From: an uncultured bacterium
Lineage (GTDB): Bacteria; Patescibacteriota; Minisyncoccia; Phycocordibacterales; PALSA-1337
Reading direction: 5' to 3'
DNA: 43,820 nucleotides
Assembly (NCBI GenBank): GCA_903902315.1
Contig: CAIUUK010000038.1
Span: 1 to 43,820, forward strand
The notes under the pieces were generated by a model. It saw only the letters and a program-made list of their open reading frames with translations, was not told where the DNA came from and searched no databases. Shown here piece by piece: positions 26,328 through 34,948 of this stretch. Position 1 is the stretch's first letter, and each line of letters begins with the position of its first letter. The position numbers and the translations under genes were made by a program.

Positions 26328-27260
26328 TTAACGCATAAATGCCTTTTGTTCAAGATGAACCAAAACATCAGATAATGCTGATTCTGAGCTTGTAATTATG
26401 AGGTGTGAATTGTCTATAAATGAGTATAGGAATAGTGTTTGACCATCAGATGTTACAAATTCACGAACATCTTTATTTTTTACAATTCTATCTGTAAATG
26501 AACCGTGGATTATTGTGTTATTGCCTGGGAAATATGATTTTAAATCATCAGTCATGGTACTTTCCCACTGCAACATACCAGCAAATGCGTTTTGGAAGTA
26601 ATTGACAGTAACATCGACGAAGATATTTTTATTTCCTTGGCTATCAGCATCAACGCCTAACATCCAATCGTTTGAAAGTGAACGAACAAGCATATCTGGT
26701 GGATTTATTCCCATTTTACTCAACATGTCTGTTATGTTTACTCGGAATTTTTGATTATTTAAAGTCTGGGTCAAGATAATTTCTTTAATTGTGGATGCTG
26801 ATTGGGGCTTTGCAAATTCACTTTGAATTGCACCAAGTATGTTTGATGCTGTAATTGTGCTTAGAACCATGTTTAGATTTATTTTTGAATCTGATGGAAC
26901 TATAGATGTGACAATTGGAGTCGTTGGTTGCGAAGCTGGTTGTCCGGCAAGTGGACTAAGTGTGTATAAATAATAAGCACCACCAATGCCTAGAATAATA
27001 ATTAGAAGACTGGCCAAAGCAGTTGAGATTTTTTTTAGCAGGCTTGAATTTGAGCCATCTACTGACTCATCTCTAAATATTTTACTTGAACCTATACTCT
27101 CTTTACCGGTCTGTCTGACTTTTTCAGCTATTGCAATCTTCGTTGTTGAAATGTTTTTGTGTGCCAAAACATCAGCAACATCGCTTTCGTATGTGCGTAA
27201 AGCTTTTTGAGGTACTTCATTTTGAGGAGTCTCAGGATTTTTCTTTTCATCTTCGTTCAT
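26328..27260 (-). CDS. Hypothetical single-pass membrane protein
   Basis: 310 aa with a charged N-terminus and one TM helix (LASLLIIILGIGGAYYLYTL), then an extracytoplasmic domain. No family was recognised. Confidence 0.55.
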   Translation of the reverse strand: MNEDEKKNPETPQNEVPQKALRTYESDVADVLAHKNISTTKIAIAEKVRQTGKESIGSSKIFRDESVDGSNSSLLKKISTALASLLIIILGIGGAYYLYTLSPLAGQPASQPTTPIVTSIVPSDSKINLNMVLSTITASNILGAIQSEFAKPQSASTIKEIILTQTLNNQKFRVNITDMLSKMGINPPDMLVRSLSNDWMLGVDADSQGNKNIFVDVTVNYFQNAFAGMLQWESTMTDDLKSYFPGNNTIIHGSFTDRIVKNKDVREFVTSDGQTLFLYSFIDNSHLIITSSESALSDVLVHLEQKAFMR

Positions 27261-27297
27261 GAGAGATATTGTATCATAGGTTAATTATTCAATAACA

Positions 27298-27333
27298 CAA
27301 TAACGCAATGCTCAATTGAACATTGCGTTATTG
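27298..27333 (-). terminator. Hairpin (13-bp perfect stem) downstream of pnp
   Basis: CAATAACGCAATG (27298-27310), 10-nt loop CTCAATTGAA, CATTGCGTTATTG (27321-27333). It lies between the pnp stop (27350) and the next gene start (27260). Confidence 0.5.
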
Positions 27334-27349
27334 ATAATGGATTACTTCC

Positions 27350-29563
27350 CTAGTATCTCTTTTTAAATTCTGGCTTTGGAGGTCTTGGAGCCTCTTCTTT
27401 TTTGGTGAACTGCGTAGGATTTGCTTGTTTGATTGAGAGGTTTATACGGCCTTTTTCGTCAACTTCTTTTACAACAACTGGAACTTTATCACCTTCCTTT
27501 AGATATGTCTCAACGCGCTCAACGCGGAATGGGGCTATTTCAGATACATGAACAAGGCCTTCTGAATTTGGTCCTATTTTTACGAAAGCACCAAAATCCA
27601 TAAGACGAGTCACTTCCCCGTCGAATCTCTCACCTGGCTTGTATTCACGAGTCATTCCATAGATGATATCTTTTGCTTTTTGAGCCGTTTCATTCTTTCC
27701 AGTGATAAATATAGAACCGTCATCTTCTATAGTAATATCTTCGACGCCAGTATTCTCGCGGATTTCATTGATTGTCTTGCCTCCTGAACCGATGACGAGA
27801 CCGATTTGATCAGGTTTTATCTTCATGACAATGATTTCAGGTGCGTTCGGATTTATCTTTGTGCGAGGTGCTGGAATAGCCTTCTCTATGACATCTAGGA
27901 TTGTGAAACGAGCGATTTTTGCTTTTTCAAAAGCCTCAGCGAGAATTTGCAAAGGAATACCGCCAACTTTCACATCCATTTGAACTGCGGTAATGCCTGT
28001 GCGTGTGCCAGCTACTTTGAAATCCATGTCGCCGTGGTGATCTTCTGGTCCTTGGATATCGGTGAGGACTTTGTATTCATAATTTGCAACGTCTCCTAAC
28101 TCCTGACTCCTAACTCCTGATTTCTTTTCTCTCATCATAAGTCCTGAAGCGATGCCAGCAACTGGGGCCTTTATAGGAACGCCTGCATCCATGAGAGCGA
28201 GAGTTGATCCACAAACTGAACCCATAGAGGTGGAACCATTTGAAGCCATGGCTTCAGAAACGATGCGGATAGTATAAGGAAAAACATCTTTGGCTGGGAT
28301 AATCGGAATTAGAGCCTTCTCTGCTAGAGCACCGTGGCCAATCATGCGGCGATTCGTACTACCGACGCGGCCTGTTTCACCAGTTGAAAATGGTGGGAAG
28401 TTGTAATGGTGCATGAAACGCTTGTTTGATTCAGCTGTCATGCCATCTATGACGAGAGCATCGCCAGGACTGCCGAGTGTTAGGGCTGAAAGTATGTGCG
28501 TACCTCCGCGATAAAAAATGCCGGATCCGTGCAACATAGTTGATACTCCACCAGCTTGAGCAAAGAGGGGGCGAATCTGGTCCATGGTGCGACCGTCAGC
28601 GCGCTTGCCATTGTTTATGGCCTCGCTGTGGAGCAACTCATTGACCGCTTCCTCGAAGACTTCTTGGGCCATGGCTTTGTTACCGGCAACGCCGTTCGAT
28701 TTAATGAATTCTGGTGAGCACATTTTTTCTGCAAACAAAGTTGACCAAATACCGTTGATTTCATTGATATGGTCATGGCCTGGAGTGCCACTCATTATAT
28801 ATTGTGCGAGTTTTGGTTTTATTTCCGCATCAAAAAGTTCTTTCGTACCTGGAGTTGGTTCTGGCAAAACCACTTCAGCTTTTGGTTTTCCAATTTCAGC
28901 GATGATTTGCTTTTGCCATGCTTGGATTTTTTCGATTTCCGTACTTGCGCGAGTGAGGGCTTCGTTCACGAGATCCTCACCAACTTCATGACTGGCAACT
29001 TCTATCATGTTTATCATGCCATCTTTACCACAAGCCACGAGTTCGAGGTCTATCTTTGCTTCGTCGCGAGTTGCATAGTCGGGATTGATGAACCAGTTAT
29101 GGTCTTTGGCGATACGGATAGCTGAAGCCGGTCCGTTCCAAGGAATTCGTGAAACACCGAGAGCAAGCGAAGCTGCTATTACTGAGATAACATCAGGATC
29201 AAATTCATCGATAGCGAGCGTGGTGACGATAACTTGCACCTCGTTACGCATTTTCTGATTGAAAAGAGGACGGATAGTGCGATCAACAATACGACCAGCG
29301 AGTATAGCTTCAGTAGATGGTTTTCCCTCGCGACGAACGAAACGTGAGCCGAGAATTCTGCCAGTCGCATAAAAACGCTCTTCAAAATCAACTGTTAAAG
29401 GAAAGAAATCCCCATCTTTGAGATTCCCCATCACTGCCGTTGCTAGCACCGCCGTATTTCCATATCGAACGATTACCGATCCATCTGCCTGGTCCGCCAA
29501 GTCGTTGAACTCCGCTGATAATATCTTGCCACCGATCTCGAGAGAGTATTGTTTTGAAATCAT
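27350..29563 (-). CDS. pnp: Polyribonucleotide nucleotidyltransferase (PNPase)
   Basis: 737 aa with two RNase PH domains (GDMDFKVAGT), a KH domain (IGLVIGSGGKTINEI) and an S1 domain (GEVTRLMDFGAFVKI). Confidence 0.95.
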   Translation of the reverse strand: MISKQYSLEIGGKILSAEFNDLADQADGSVIVRYGNTAVLATAVMGNLKDGDFFPLTVDFEERFYATGRILGSRFVRREGKPSTEAILAGRIVDRTIRPLFNQKMRNEVQVIVTTLAIDEFDPDVISVIAASLALGVSRIPWNGPASAIRIAKDHNWFINPDYATRDEAKIDLELVACGKDGMINMIEVASHEVGEDLVNEALTRASTEIEKIQAWQKQIIAEIGKPKAEVVLPEPTPGTKELFDAEIKPKLAQYIMSGTPGHDHINEINGIWSTLFAEKMCSPEFIKSNGVAGNKAMAQEVFEEAVNELLHSEAINNGKRADGRTMDQIRPLFAQAGGVSTMLHGSGIFYRGGTHILSALTLGSPGDALVIDGMTAESNKRFMHHYNFPPFSTGETGRVGSTNRRMIGHGALAEKALIPIIPAKDVFPYTIRIVSEAMASNGSTSMGSVCGSTLALMDAGVPIKAPVAGIASGLMMREKKSGVRSQELGDVANYEYKVLTDIQGPEDHHGDMDFKVAGTRTGITAVQMDVKVGGIPLQILAEAFEKAKIARFTILDVIEKAIPAPRTKINPNAPEIIVMKIKPDQIGLVIGSGGKTINEIRENTGVEDITIEDDGSIFITGKNETAQKAKDIIYGMTREYKPGERFDGEVTRLMDFGAFVKIGPNSEGLVHVSEIAPFRVERVETYLKEGDKVPVVVKEVDEKGRINLSIKQANPTQFTKKEEAPRPPKPEFKKRY
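28093..28120. repeat. Tandem 14-bp x2 (heptamers CTCCTAA CTCCTGA CTCCTAA CTCCTGA) inside pnp
   Basis: Read directly from the sequence. On the coding (minus) strand it is TCAGGAG TTAGGAG x2, encoding part of the KKSGVRSQELGD insertion. Confidence 0.9.
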
Positions 29564-29628
29564 AGTAACTATAATGTAGCAAGAAAAGAGGTGTAGTGCA
29601 TCTTGTGTTGTGATACCATAACTACATT

Positions 29629-30126
29629 ATGACCACCCCCAAAGTCCTCGGCGTCGACATCGGCAACGTGATTATCAACAATCGTTTGAACGACCCTGAA
29701 GTTGTGAAGGTTGATGAAGCAGTGTACGCATCATTCCCTCCTTCGGAAGGTGTATTTGAGTCACTGAAGACATTAAACGATTATTTTGACGGTGAGGTCT
29801 ATTTGATTTCAAAATGCACAGAGTGGGCACAAATACAGATATTGGCATGGCTCAAAGCACATGATTTTTATACAAAAACAGGTATCAAGCCAGAACACGT
29901 GAATTTTGTGAGACAGCGCAATGAAAAAGACGCAGTTTGTATAAAATTAGGAGTCACACACTTCGTCGATGACCGCTTGGAAGTTCTAGGTTATATGGTT
30001 GAATCAACATCGAATCTCATCTTGTTCCAGCCAGATCAAGAAGAAGTGAAAGAATTCAAGCAATTTCTACCGAAAGTCACGGTGGCTAATGATTGGAATG
30101 AGGTGGTGAAACAAATAGTGCGATAA
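29629..30126 (+). CDS. HAD-fold-like small protein with degenerate motif I
   Basis: 165 aa. LGVDIGNVII occupies the place of the HAD DxDxT/V motif (second Asp replaced by Gly). Later ISK, NEK and FVDDR segments fit HAD motifs II-IV. Assignment is tentative. Confidence 0.35.
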   Translation: MTTPKVLGVDIGNVIINNRLNDPEVVKVDEAVYASFPPSEGVFESLKTLNDYFDGEVYLISKCTEWAQIQILAWLKAHDFYTKTGIKPEHVNFVRQRNEKDAVCIKLGVTHFVDDRLEVLGYMVESTSNLILFQPDQEEVKEFKQFLPKVTVANDWNEVVKQIVR

Positions 30127-30141
30127 AACTTTATATTAGCC

Positions 30142-31065
30142 ATGAAACCAGAATCAATACATACATATGATAATTTGCCAGAGGAAGATTATTTGGTAGA
30201 AAAATATCAACCAAAATTTTTGGCTCGTGGCGGGGATCATTTGGTCTATGAAGTTCAAGATCACCCAGATGTGGTAATCAAGGCCTCAACTTTCCGTGTA
30301 AAAGATATATTGGCTAATAATGTTGAGCACGGCATTCCCCTAGATTCTATGTCTGATGATATGAGAGCGCAGATTGAGACCGAATTAAAGGAAAAAGATG
30401 AGCAGTCCAAAGCACTTAGGAATTATTTTGGTAATGAACATACGCTTGCCGAGCGTCGTTATCTCATGAAAGTTCCTGTAACTGGCGAGATACTAACTGA
30501 TATTTTTAAAGGAGATTGGAAAGGTCGTATACCACCGGCTAGTTCCTTGGAAATGAAAAAAGCTTGGTCATCTGTCATTGTTCAACAGCGAGCGGAGGCA
30601 ATAAGTGACACCACTCATTTGAGCCTTAATTTTGAAGGTTTTCTTGAAGATGGCAAATACGATGAGACAGCAATACAAAATATCTTAGCCCTCTCAGAAA
30701 TAGATCCTGCACTTAGGGATTCTTTGAAAGAATTCGTCAGTAAGGCTGTGTCATATGCCAATGACACTGGAAATATCCTCGCCATGGCTGGAAAAGATAA
30801 TGTTATTTTCTATAAAGAAGCTAATAACAGCGATAATGTGAATGAAGAAAAGTGGAATTACCTACTCGTCGATGCTCTCCCTATTCATAATGAACCAGTT
30901 TTCAAGATGTCACAGGAAATCGCACGAAAAATCATGGATGATCAGAAAATTACTGAACATGAGAAAACTTTACTAAAGAAAGGCTTGAATTTTACTAGGA
31001 CGATCAATGGTCTGGCGGAAAAACTTGGTATGATGGAACGTTCGAGTTTGCAAGTTGAGAAATAG
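30142..31065 (+). CDS. Hypothetical protein, possibly an atypical protein-kinase-like fold
   Basis: 307 aa. FLARGGDHLVYEVQDHPDVVIKAS resembles a glycine-rich loop plus VxK. Later GKDNVIFY and LLVDALP could be degenerate catalytic/DFG elements. Weak, motif-level only. Confidence 0.3.
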   Translation: MKPESIHTYDNLPEEDYLVEKYQPKFLARGGDHLVYEVQDHPDVVIKASTFRVKDILANNVEHGIPLDSMSDDMRAQIETELKEKDEQSKALRNYFGNEHTLAERRYLMKVPVTGEILTDIFKGDWKGRIPPASSLEMKKAWSSVIVQQRAEAISDTTHLSLNFEGFLEDGKYDETAIQNILALSEIDPALRDSLKEFVSKAVSYANDTGNILAMAGKDNVIFYKEANNSDNVNEEKWNYLLVDALPIHNEPVFKMSQEIARKIMDDQKITEHEKTLLKKGLNFTRTINGLAEKLGMMERSSLQVEK

Positions 31066-31069
31066 TCGA

Positions 31070-31831
31070 CTAATCCTTACTCCACAGCTTCTTTGCAAAG
31101 TTTCTCATACTGTCAGCGAGGACTTTGTCACGAATCTGCACGAGGTACTGCAGTTTTTCTCTAGTAACAATTGATACAATATATTCTCCTATGATCCATT
31201 GGGTTGAAGTGAAGCTATCACCGGTCCATAATTTTAACTGTCTGCGAGAAAGTTTCTCTGCCTTCATTTCTTCTTCTATTTCAGATTGGTTGGTAAATAG
31301 TTTCAGGTCAATATCTCCTTTGTTTTGTTTCCAATACCAGAGAATGTATTTCAAATACGCAGGATTTTCGACGAAAGTATGATCTTGGAATCCCCACCAA
31401 GTCTTTTCGTTCATGTCACGCATACTCTGCTCCCAAATAGGAGTTTTTTTGTATAGAAATTCCTCGATATCTGCCCCATCGATAAATTGAACCTTTGGAA
31501 TTGAGTATGAACCAGATCTTGGCAACATTTCCAATTCAGGAATGATGCTTTTCACCAGATTTTCCTGACGTTTCAACTCAATCACCTTCTTTTCAATATA
31601 GTCAGTTAGTCGTTCTGGTGGCAAAGCGATGAGAAATTTGGTCTTACCAGATAGATCTTCCTCGATGATGCCCTTTTTCTTTAACTCATCTGCCGCAGCA
31701 TATGTAGTACTTCTATTGATACCAGTAATTCTACTGATATTTGATGGGGTTATCTTGCCATGTTCCAAAAGGGCCAGGTATATGTCTATTTCTGTCGAAT
31801 TGAGGCCTATTTGTTGAAGTTTTTCCTTCAT
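31070..31831 (-). CDS. TrmB-family winged-helix transcriptional regulator
   Basis: ATG at 31831 gives MKEKLQQIGLNSTEIDIYLALLEHGKITPSNISRITGINRSTTYAAADELKKKGIIEE, a TrmB-type HTH. A C-terminal effector-like domain follows. Confidence 0.65.
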   Translation of the reverse strand: MKEKLQQIGLNSTEIDIYLALLEHGKITPSNISRITGINRSTTYAAADELKKKGIIEEDLSGKTKFLIALPPERLTDYIEKKVIELKRQENLVKSIIPELEMLPRSGSYSIPKVQFIDGADIEEFLYKKTPIWEQSMRDMNEKTWWGFQDHTFVENPAYLKYILWYWKQNKGDIDLKLFTNQSEIEEEMKAEKLSRRQLKLWTGDSFTSTQWIIGEYIVSIVTREKLQYLVQIRDKVLADSMRNFAKKLWSKD

Positions 31832-32101
31832 AGCTATAACCCTAGCAAATTCACTACATTTTGTCAACTTATCGTCAACAGAATATTACGGCTAACTATA
31901 GCCAAATTACAACATATTTATCTCACTTTGTTTGACCAAGTATCAAAATAATGATACACTTATACCAGATAGTCAAGATAAAGAACATTGGCGGATTCAA
32001 GCTTCTAATGCAACACTGTCTCGGAATGTGTTATTCCGACTGATGAGTCTGAAAAGACGAAACAGAAACATTAACGTAAGTAGTTCTTTACAACAAAATA
32101 T

Positions 32102-32863
32102 ATGAAAACAAAACAAACAACACTGGACGGGCGTTTCGCCGTCATCCTCGGCAGCGAATATGAGAAACTTCTTCGTGCAATGCCGCATTATCCTCAATTG
32201 CAAGATGCGATTGCGCGGCACGCAGTAGAAGCACTTCCCTCGCCTGTTGGCACGGGGAAGCTTCGGATGATTCTCGACCTCGGATGCGGAACTGGTCTGA
32301 CGACGCTCGCATTAGCCGCACACGCAAATTATGGTGTGATCATCGGAGTCGACAAGGAGATGACAATGCTCAAACAATACATGAACAATGTCATTGAAGG
32401 ACGTAAGTCTGCTCTCGAGAACGGTGTGGCCATCAAAGCATATCAAAGTGATATTCTTGCCTTCCTCAAGAGGTGGAAGAATCATAGCTTTGATGCAGTC
32501 GTGTCCGGCTTCGTTCTGCATAATTTGCCAAAGGTGATGCGTGCAGAAATCCTCAAGGAAGTCGGTCGCGTCCTTACGCCCAAAGGAGTGTTCGTGAATG
32601 GCGACAAGATTGCTCCAGACGAAATCAACCTGCACAACAAGTATATGATGCAGCAGCTCACCAAGTTCACGCAGACCTACACTGCTCCCGAAGATGCCGC
32701 CTATTGCATCGGTTGGATCGAACACTACGCAGTCGATAATCAGCCTGAGCTTCGTTACACCGAAGCCGAAGTCCACAGTTCACTCAAAGCTGCCGGATTC
32801 AGGAACGTAAAGATTGTCGAAAGACATTGTATGGATGCTGTGGTTGTTGCAACCAAAAAGTGA
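32102..32863 (+). CDS. Class I SAM-dependent methyltransferase (GC-rich gene)
   Basis: Motif I ILDLGCGTGLTTLALA, with post-I VDKE and a motif II-like AVVSGFVLHNL. G+C is visibly higher than in the flanks. Confidence 0.75.
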   Translation: MKTKQTTLDGRFAVILGSEYEKLLRAMPHYPQLQDAIARHAVEALPSPVGTGKLRMILDLGCGTGLTTLALAAHANYGVIIGVDKEMTMLKQYMNNVIEGRKSALENGVAIKAYQSDILAFLKRWKNHSFDAVVSGFVLHNLPKVMRAEILKEVGRVLTPKGVFVNGDKIAPDEINLHNKYMMQQLTKFTQTYTAPEDAAYCIGWIEHYAVDNQPELRYTEAEVHSSLKAAGFRNVKIVERHCMDAVVVATKK

Positions 32864-32882
32864 GTTGCTTTCATATATTTAA

Positions 32883-32907
32883 TCGAGGATGCTCAACACA
32901 TCCTCGA
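32883..32907 (+). terminator. Hairpin after the methyltransferase gene
   Basis: TCGAGGATG, loop CTCAACA, CATCCTCGA form a perfect 9-bp stem. The downstream T tract (CTTTA) is weak. Confidence 0.4.
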
Positions 32908-33037
32908 CTTTACTGGATCTACGACGAAAGTCGCGGATCCACAGAGTTCAGTTCATTTAAAACTACATATAACTGGTTGGCTTTTTGAAAGGAAGCCTTG
33001 GTGTCCAGTAACAATACACCTAAACGTAAGTTCGAAT

Positions 33038-33787
33038 ATGAAATCCATCATCACCCTGGTCACCTTTGCTGCTGCCATCCTGTTCTCGAGCTTTACGGTT
33101 CAAGCACAAGATAGTCAGTGGCCGAGTGTCACCGTCAGTTCACTTGTTGCAGATAAATACATCGCTTTTGGCACGGGTTCTCTGCTCAGCAAAGACCCCG
33201 CAGTCCAATCCGATGTAAATATCTCCTTCAAGAACGGTCTGTATATCGACTTATGGAATTCTCGGAGTCTCAAAGGCTCCTGGAATGATGGTAGCTTCGG
33301 AAACGAAGTTGACTATCAGGTCGGTTGGAGAGGCGCTGTCGCCACTAACTTGAGTCTCGATATCGGAGTGACCTACTTCGACGAGCCCAAGGCGTTCACA
33401 TTCGGCGCTGGTGACATTCTCTATACTCACGCATTCTTGACCAAAGATTTCAAACATCTTTCGGCCACGATGGGTTACGAGAATTACACAGCAATGCCTA
33501 ATAGTGGTTTCCAGGGCGGTAATCTCTTGAGTCTTGGAGTGAGTAAACATGAATCTTTCTGCAAAGATAAGATTGGTTTACGCGCTTCAGTCACTGGGGT
33601 TTACGACACTGGCACTATCGGGACACGCGCAGGTTTCATCCTCCGGGGTGGCGCTGGTGCAGACTGGAACATTTCAAAACGTCTAACGTTCAATGTTCTC
33701 GCGGTTAACTGGTATGCGCCAGTGACCCCACACGACAGACGGGTTGTAGAAGTTGTGTGGAGTAGTGGTTTCACGCTTCGCTTGTAG
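33038..33787 (+). CDS. Signal-peptide protein resembling proteobacterial TIGR02001-type outer-membrane beta-barrel proteins (GC-rich gene)
   Basis: It has the signal peptide MKSIITLVTFAAAILFSSFTVQAQ and alternating amphipathic beta-strand pattern. Blocks DKYIAFGTG...DPAVQSDV...GLYIDLWNS...EVDYQVGW...DIGVTYFDEP parallel the SDYvFRG...PAvQg...GfYaGtW...ElDlY.Gy...dvGviyY pattern of that family. Confidence 0.45.
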   Translation: MKSIITLVTFAAAILFSSFTVQAQDSQWPSVTVSSLVADKYIAFGTGSLLSKDPAVQSDVNISFKNGLYIDLWNSRSLKGSWNDGSFGNEVDYQVGWRGAVATNLSLDIGVTYFDEPKAFTFGAGDILYTHAFLTKDFKHLSATMGYENYTAMPNSGFQGGNLLSLGVSKHESFCKDKIGLRASVTGVYDTGTIGTRAGFILRGGAGADWNISKRLTFNVLAVNWYAPVTPHDRRVVEVVWSSGFTLRL

Positions 33788-33810
33788 GAAGCGGTTCGAG
33801 TTAGATCACG

Positions 33811-33841
33811 CCGGTAATCAGAAATGGTTACCGGTTTTTTA
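33811..33841 (+). terminator. Intrinsic terminator after the beta-barrel gene
   Basis: CCGGTAA (33811-17), 10-nt loop, TTACCGG (33828-34), followed by TTTTTTATTTT. Confidence 0.55.
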
Positions 33842-33851
33842 TTTTACAAAC

Positions 33852-33877
33852 AAAAAACTGCCATCTGGCAGTTTTTC
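33852..33877. terminator. Second, bidirectional terminator-like hairpin (serves the minus-strand NYN gene)
   Basis: AAAAAACTGCC ATCT GGCAGTTTTT is a short GC stem flanked by an A tract and a T tract. It lies 7 nt from the NYN gene stop. Confidence 0.5.
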
Positions 33878-33883
33878 AATTCC

Positions 33884-34420
33884 CTATTGATTTCCCCTTC
33901 TGTTATTTCCTCCTGCCCTGAGCAAATATTTTGCTGCATTCTCATCGAGGTCAGTGAAATGATCAGCGACTTCGATAAGTTTTCCCGAGGTAGATTTGCC
34001 GAATGAAACGACTTCAACTTGGCAACCCTGACTCATTTGGAGATATTGGACGAGTGGAATAAAGTCACCGTCACCGGCAACTATGATAACTACGTCGAGC
34101 TTTGGGGCCATAACGACAGCGTCGATAGCGAGACCGACGTCCCAGTCAGCTTTCTTGGCACCAGAACTGAAAATCTGGAGGTCTTTGACCTTTGTTTCGA
34201 TACCAACCTTGGTGAGTGCATCGAAAAAGCCTGATTCCTCACCTGATTCGGTAGAGATAACGTAGGCAACTGCGCGGATAAGTTTGCGGCCGTCGAGGAC
34301 ATCTTTGACGATGGCTCCGAAATTGACCTTTGAATGATAGAGATTTTTGGCACTATGATAGAGATTTTGTGCATCGATATAGATACCGACGCGTTGTTCT
34401 TTGTGTTTGATTATTGACAT
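33884..34420 (-). CDS. NYN/LabA-like (DUF88) predicted RNase domain protein
   Basis: VGIYIDAQNLYHSAK...AVAYV...KKADWDVGLAIDAV...VVIIVAGDGDFIPLVQYL are the conserved acidic motifs of the NYN/LabA family. It contains an internal NLYHS(A)K duplication. Confidence 0.75.
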   Translation of the reverse strand: MSIIKHKEQRVGIYIDAQNLYHSAKNLYHSKVNFGAIVKDVLDGRKLIRAVAYVISTESGEESGFFDALTKVGIETKVKDLQIFSSGAKKADWDVGLAIDAVVMAPKLDVVIIVAGDGDFIPLVQYLQMSQGCQVEVVSFGKSTSGKLIEVADHFTDLDENAAKYLLRAGGNNRRGNQ

Positions 34421-34523
34421 AAAAAATGTGAGTTACTAATTTGTATAAAAATGATATGCGATTGTTAATGACCTACTATGTAAGTATAAACGAAAATTGG
34501 CTTGTCGCCAATTTGTCAGACTG

Positions 34524-34790
34524 CTATTTCTTGAGATCGAGTTTCTTCAGGATTGCTGCGTAACGCTTTGGGTTACTCTTCTTCAAATAGACGAGATGAG
34601 ATTGGCGATCAGCAACCATACCGAGGAGGCCACGGCGTGAGTGATTATCTTTCTTGTGTTTACGGAGGTGTGAAGTGAGTTCATCGATACGCTTACTCAA
34701 AATTGCAACCTGAACCTCTGGAGAACCAGTGTCCTTGTCGTGAATAGCGATTTCCTTGATGATTTTGGTCTTTTGACGTGTACTTAACAT
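34524..34790 (-). CDS. rpsO: 30S ribosomal protein S15
   Basis: ATG at 34790 gives MLSTRQKTKIIKEIAIHDKDTGSPEVQVAILSKRIDELTSHLRKHKKDNHSRRGLLGMV..., a canonical S15. The 124-aa extension is spurious. Confidence 0.93.
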   Translation of the reverse strand: MLSTRQKTKIIKEIAIHDKDTGSPEVQVAILSKRIDELTSHLRKHKKDNHSRRGLLGMVADRQSHLVYLKKSNPKRYAAILKKLDLKK

Positions 34791-34948
34791 AGTTGAAACA
34801 TCATAGCATGAACGGTGGAGAGGCGCAAGTTTGATGTAAAGTTTAAAGGACCGGCCAAGCTTTTGCTTGAACCGGTCCCGCAGATATTGTGACGCCATCC
34901 CTGACGACCTACCATGCGCGTTGTGGGTAGGATTTACTTTAATGTTCG

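Noticed and set aside
25935-26338. Alternative ORFs 25935-26177 (-), 26092-26277 (+) and 26105-26338 (+)
   Set aside because: All overlap the DksA/TraR-like gene, which has the recognisable coiled-coil plus CxxC architecture. The alternatives are low-complexity frame shadows.
29571-29630. 9-bp inverted repeat ATAATGTAG ... CTACATTAT in the pnp / HAD-like divergent spacer, as a possible island boundary or operator
   Set aside because: A 9-bp inverted repeat within a 60-bp AT-rich spacer is easily produced by chance. No matching repeat was found at the other end of the insert (34420-34530).
32142-32776. Minus-strand ORFs 32142-32327, 32312-32776 and 32482-32670 antisense to the methyltransferase
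   Set aside because: Long antisense ORFs are expected in GC-rich coding DNA. The plus-strand frame carries clear SAM-methyltransferase motifs and the antisense products have none.
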